Assembly (NCBI GenBank): GCA_963790025.1
Contig: CAWBMP010000004.1
Location: 1,672,177-1,736,176 of the forward strand
Length of the DNA stretch: 64,000 nucleotides
Direction: 5' to 3'
Origin: Nitrospirota bacterium
Lineage (GTDB): Bacteria; Nitrospirota; Thermodesulfovibrionia; Thermodesulfovibrionales; Dissulfurispiraceae
How positions within the stretch are numbered: the stretch's first letter is position 1; the number at the start of each line of letters is the position of its first letter. Below the pieces are notes generated by a model, which made no database searches, had not been told where the DNA came from, and saw nothing but the letters and a program-made list of their open reading frames with translations. Shown piece by piece: positions 61,159-64,000 of this stretch. Made by a program: the position numbers and the translations under genes.

Positions 61159-62419
61159 TGCTCTCAAGGGCATTCAGGATATTCTGCCGCCCGATATTTA
61201 TATCTGGCAGCGCATCGAATCTTCCGCAAAAAGGATATTTTACGATTACGGTTACCAAGAAATAAAACTCCCGATAATTGAATCCACCGACCTTTTCATA
61301 CGGAGCATCGGCGAGACGTCGGACATTGTCGGGAAAGAAATGTATACTTTTTCCGACAAGGCAAACCGCAGTGTCACGCTCCGGCCCGAAGGAACGGCTG
61401 GTGCGGTCCGGTGCTATGTGGAGCACAACATTAACACTCTTCCCTCACCGCAAAAGTTTTTCTATACCGGACCGATGTTCAGATACGAGCGGCCGCAAAA
61501 AGGAAGGTTCAGGCAGTTCTACCAGATCGGTGTCGAGGCGTTCGGATCGGCGGGGCCTTTGCAGGACGCCGAAATAATCATCATGCTCAAAAATTTTCTT
61601 GAGGGGATAGGTATCCGGGAACTGAACTTTGAACTCAACTCTATCGGCGACGAGGTGTGCAGGCCCGATTACAGAAATGCCCTGCTTGCATTTTTTGGCG
61701 ATAAACTAAACGAATTCTGCCCTGATTGCCAAAGTCGTTATGTTGCAAATCCTTTGCGGATTCTTGACTGTAAAGTGGAGCGCTGCATAGAACTGCGGCA
61801 GGGTGCGCCTGCTGTGACCGATTATTTATGCAATGACTGCCGGGAACATTTTGACGAACTCCAGGCGTTGCTTCGGATGATGGATATCCGCTATACATTA
61901 AATGCCAGCCTGGTACGAGGTCTGGATTATTATACAAGGACCACCTTTGAAGTCACCAGCGAGCATCTGGGAGCCCAAAAAGCCGTGGCAGCAGGCGGCA
62001 GGTATGACGGGCTTGTAAAGGAATTCGGCGGGCCCGATACCCCGGCAATAGGTTTTGCCATAGGCATGGAAAGACTTGCGGCACTCGTAAAGGAAACTTG
62101 CGACGGAGGAGGGCCGAAGCCAAAAGCGTTCATCGCCACCCTCGGCAAAGAAGCGGAAAGAGAGGGCTTCAAAATCGCGGAGGCGCTGCGGGCGCGCGGA
62201 TACTGGATTGAGCAGAATTATGGAGGGGCCTCACTGAAAAGTCAATTACGCAAGGCTGACAGGATCGGTGCGGAATTTGCCTTTATCATAGGCGATGATG
62301 AACTCAAAGAACGAAAAATACAATGGAAGGACCTTAAAACCGGCAAACAGGGGATGGTTGAAATCAGCAACGAGATCTCATCGCTTTTAACCGACAATAT
62401 CGAGCTTTCTCACCCTTAG
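61148..62419 (+). CDS. hisS: Histidine--tRNA ligase (GTG start inferred)
   Basis: KEMYTF, LRPEGTA, FRYERPQKGRFRQF, LVRGLDYY, GGRYD, GFAIGMER. Confidence 0.97.
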   Translation: MKYNALKGIQDILPPDIYIWQRIESSAKRIFYDYGYQEIKLPIIESTDLFIRSIGETSDIVGKEMYTFSDKANRSVTLRPEGTAGAVRCYVEHNINTLPSPQKFFYTGPMFRYERPQKGRFRQFYQIGVEAFGSAGPLQDAEIIIMLKNFLEGIGIRELNFELNSIGDEVCRPDYRNALLAFFGDKLNEFCPDCQSRYVANPLRILDCKVERCIELRQGAPAVTDYLCNDCREHFDELQALLRMMDIRYTLNASLVRGLDYYTRTTFEVTSEHLGAQKAVAAGGRYDGLVKEFGGPDTPAIGFAIGMERLAALVKETCDGGGPKPKAFIATLGKEAEREGFKIAEALRARGYWIEQNYGGASLKSQLRKADRIGAEFAFIIGDDELKERKIQWKDLKTGKQGMVEISNEISSLLTDNIELSHP

Positions 62420-63742
62420 CTTCACCCCTAATTCATCGGTGATAACCCTGCATTTAGCGATATTCACTCCTTTCGTGTCTACCACCGTCGCCTGGACATC
62501 GGGTATATAACACTTGGCCTCCCTGATGAAATTAATCACTTCAGGGAACGCATTTTCAAAAGAGGGCTTGCACAACTGCCGGTAAGTCTCCTCATCCTGG
62601 GCATCGAGGCTCACAGAAATCACATCAACGAGTCCCTTTAATTCGGGGAGGATGTTCCTTTTGTGAATGAGATTGCCATGGCCGTTAGTGTTTATCCGTA
62701 CCATTCCCCCCTGCTGCTTTACCCATGCGGCAACAGCCTTGACCTCTTCAAGCCTGAGCAGAGGCTCTCCGTACCCGCAAAAGACAACCTCACTGTACCC
62801 CGCAGGATCACCTATGGCCCTTGTAACTTCCTCAACCGAAGGTTCATGGGCAAGCCGGAGATTGTGCCCTTTCACAAAGCCGGTCGTGAAGCGGACGCAA
62901 AAGACGCATTTGCTCGTGCATCTGTTGGTAATGTTTAAATACAGGCTGTCTCTGATTTTATAAGCAATTTGCCCGGGTTGCACTTCGCCGATATGAAAAA
63001 GTCTTTTTGCATTCAGTGTAGTTATCCTGTCTATGTCCTCAAGGGAGACGCCCCTCAACTCAGCCAGAAGCCGCGCTGTATGCACTACAAAAGCAGGTTC
63101 GTTTCTTTTGCCCCTATACGGGTCGGGTGCAAGATACGGGGCATCCGTTTCTACCAGAAGACGTTCATCAGGGATTATTTTTGCTATCTCGCGGAGCTGC
63201 GTCGCTTTTTTAAACGTCACCGGTCCGGCAATAGAAATATGAAAACCCATAGCCAGCACCCTTTCCGCCATGTTGCGGTCGCCTGAGAAGCAATGCATTA
63301 CACCATGTCCGACCTTTGAATCCTTAAGTATTTCCAGCGTGTCTTCCTTTGCCTCCCTGCTGTGGATGCACACAGGGAGTCCTGTCTCCTTAGCAAAATC
63401 CAGTTGCTGCCTGAAGACAATGCGCTGTATTTCCCTCGGTGAATGGTCATAATGATAATCGAGCCCAATCTCTCCAATGGCCACAACCTTGCCATCAGCA
63501 GACCATAACTTTATCTGATCGAAGGCCGCCTGAGTAAAGTCTTTAGCATCGTGGGGATGCATACCAACGGCGGCAAAGACGCAGTCATGCTTCCCGGCTA
63601 GAGCTACCCCGCCCTTATTGCCTTCAAAATCGGAACCGATAGTAACAATCGCGTCCAGCCCGGCTTCCTGCGCCCTTTTAATAACACCATCCCTGTCTTT
63701 GTCGAAGGGCTCCATTTCAAGATGGCAGTGTGTATCGATCAT
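62387..63742 (-). CDS. TatD-family nuclease fused to a C-terminal radical SAM domain
   Basis: IDTHCH, GEIGLDY, HSRE, HCFSG, ETDAPYL; then YLNITNRCTSKCVFC (CxxxCxxC), FCGYGEP, RINTNG. Confidence 0.92.
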   Translation of the reverse strand: MIDTHCHLEMEPFDKDRDGVIKRAQEAGLDAIVTIGSDFEGNKGGVALAGKHDCVFAAVGMHPHDAKDFTQAAFDQIKLWSADGKVVAIGEIGLDYHYDHSPREIQRIVFRQQLDFAKETGLPVCIHSREAKEDTLEILKDSKVGHGVMHCFSGDRNMAERVLAMGFHISIAGPVTFKKATQLREIAKIIPDERLLVETDAPYLAPDPYRGKRNEPAFVVHTARLLAELRGVSLEDIDRITTLNAKRLFHIGEVQPGQIAYKIRDSLYLNITNRCTSKCVFCVRFTTGFVKGHNLRLAHEPSVEEVTRAIGDPAGYSEVVFCGYGEPLLRLEEVKAVAAWVKQQGGMVRINTNGHGNLIHKRNILPELKGLVDVISVSLDAQDEETYRQLCKPSFENAFPEVINFIREAKCYIPDVQATVVDTKGVNIAKCRVITDELGVKLRVRKLDIVG

Positions 63743-63923
63743 AATCTGTTTATGTTCTTTACCCGTTCTTCGGGACACAAGGTTTAATAGGGTCTAACAT
63801 CACGTGCTACTTTAAAGAACTATGAACTAATATCATAAGTTAACCATACAGTTTTGGTCAACAAAACTTGACGACGAACGGAGATTTCTTGTATTGTAAT
63901 GATTCAGTTTATTACCCACCCGT

Positions 63924-63999
<76 letters not shown>

Positions 64000-64000
64000 G

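Overview
A 64 kb, mostly housekeeping chromosomal segment. Gene content and order (yggS-proC-yggT-divIVA, TatD-radical SAM fusion, dnaJ-hspR-clpB, dapL) suggest an anaerobic diderm such as a Nitrospirota/Thermodesulfovibrionia-like organism; this is inference only. In order it holds: the clpB(5' part)/hspR/dnaJ heat-shock operon with a HAIR-like operator; a 169-bp MITE-like element; rlmD-like and suhB; hemY-like/hemH divergent from perR-ahpC; a NodIJ-like ABC exporter; gyrA; three acetyl-CoA synthetases flanking a Zn-deacetylase and an AcuB-like CBS protein; an MdtABC-type RND pump with outer-membrane factor; a decayed Ku/LigD (NHEJ) locus; hisD, purF, uvrB; a dynamin-like GTPase + FRG-domain gene pair; SWIB/Smr/PolX; a sigma54 two-component system with a visible target promoter; hisS; and tRNA-Lys(CTT). 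Best candidates for undescribed biology: (1) the dynamin-like + FRG operon as a possible defence system; (2) the sigma54 module, whose putative enhancer lies inside the activator gene and drives an Asr-like peptide and an OB-fold-like secreted protein; (3) an unannotated 55-aa Ogr/Delta-like zinc-finger ORF; (4) many apparently leaderless genes; (5) short-period (6-9 bp) repeat hairpins at gene junctions. No CRISPR array, rRNA, transposase or integrase was seen. All calls come from reading the sequence; no searches were run.
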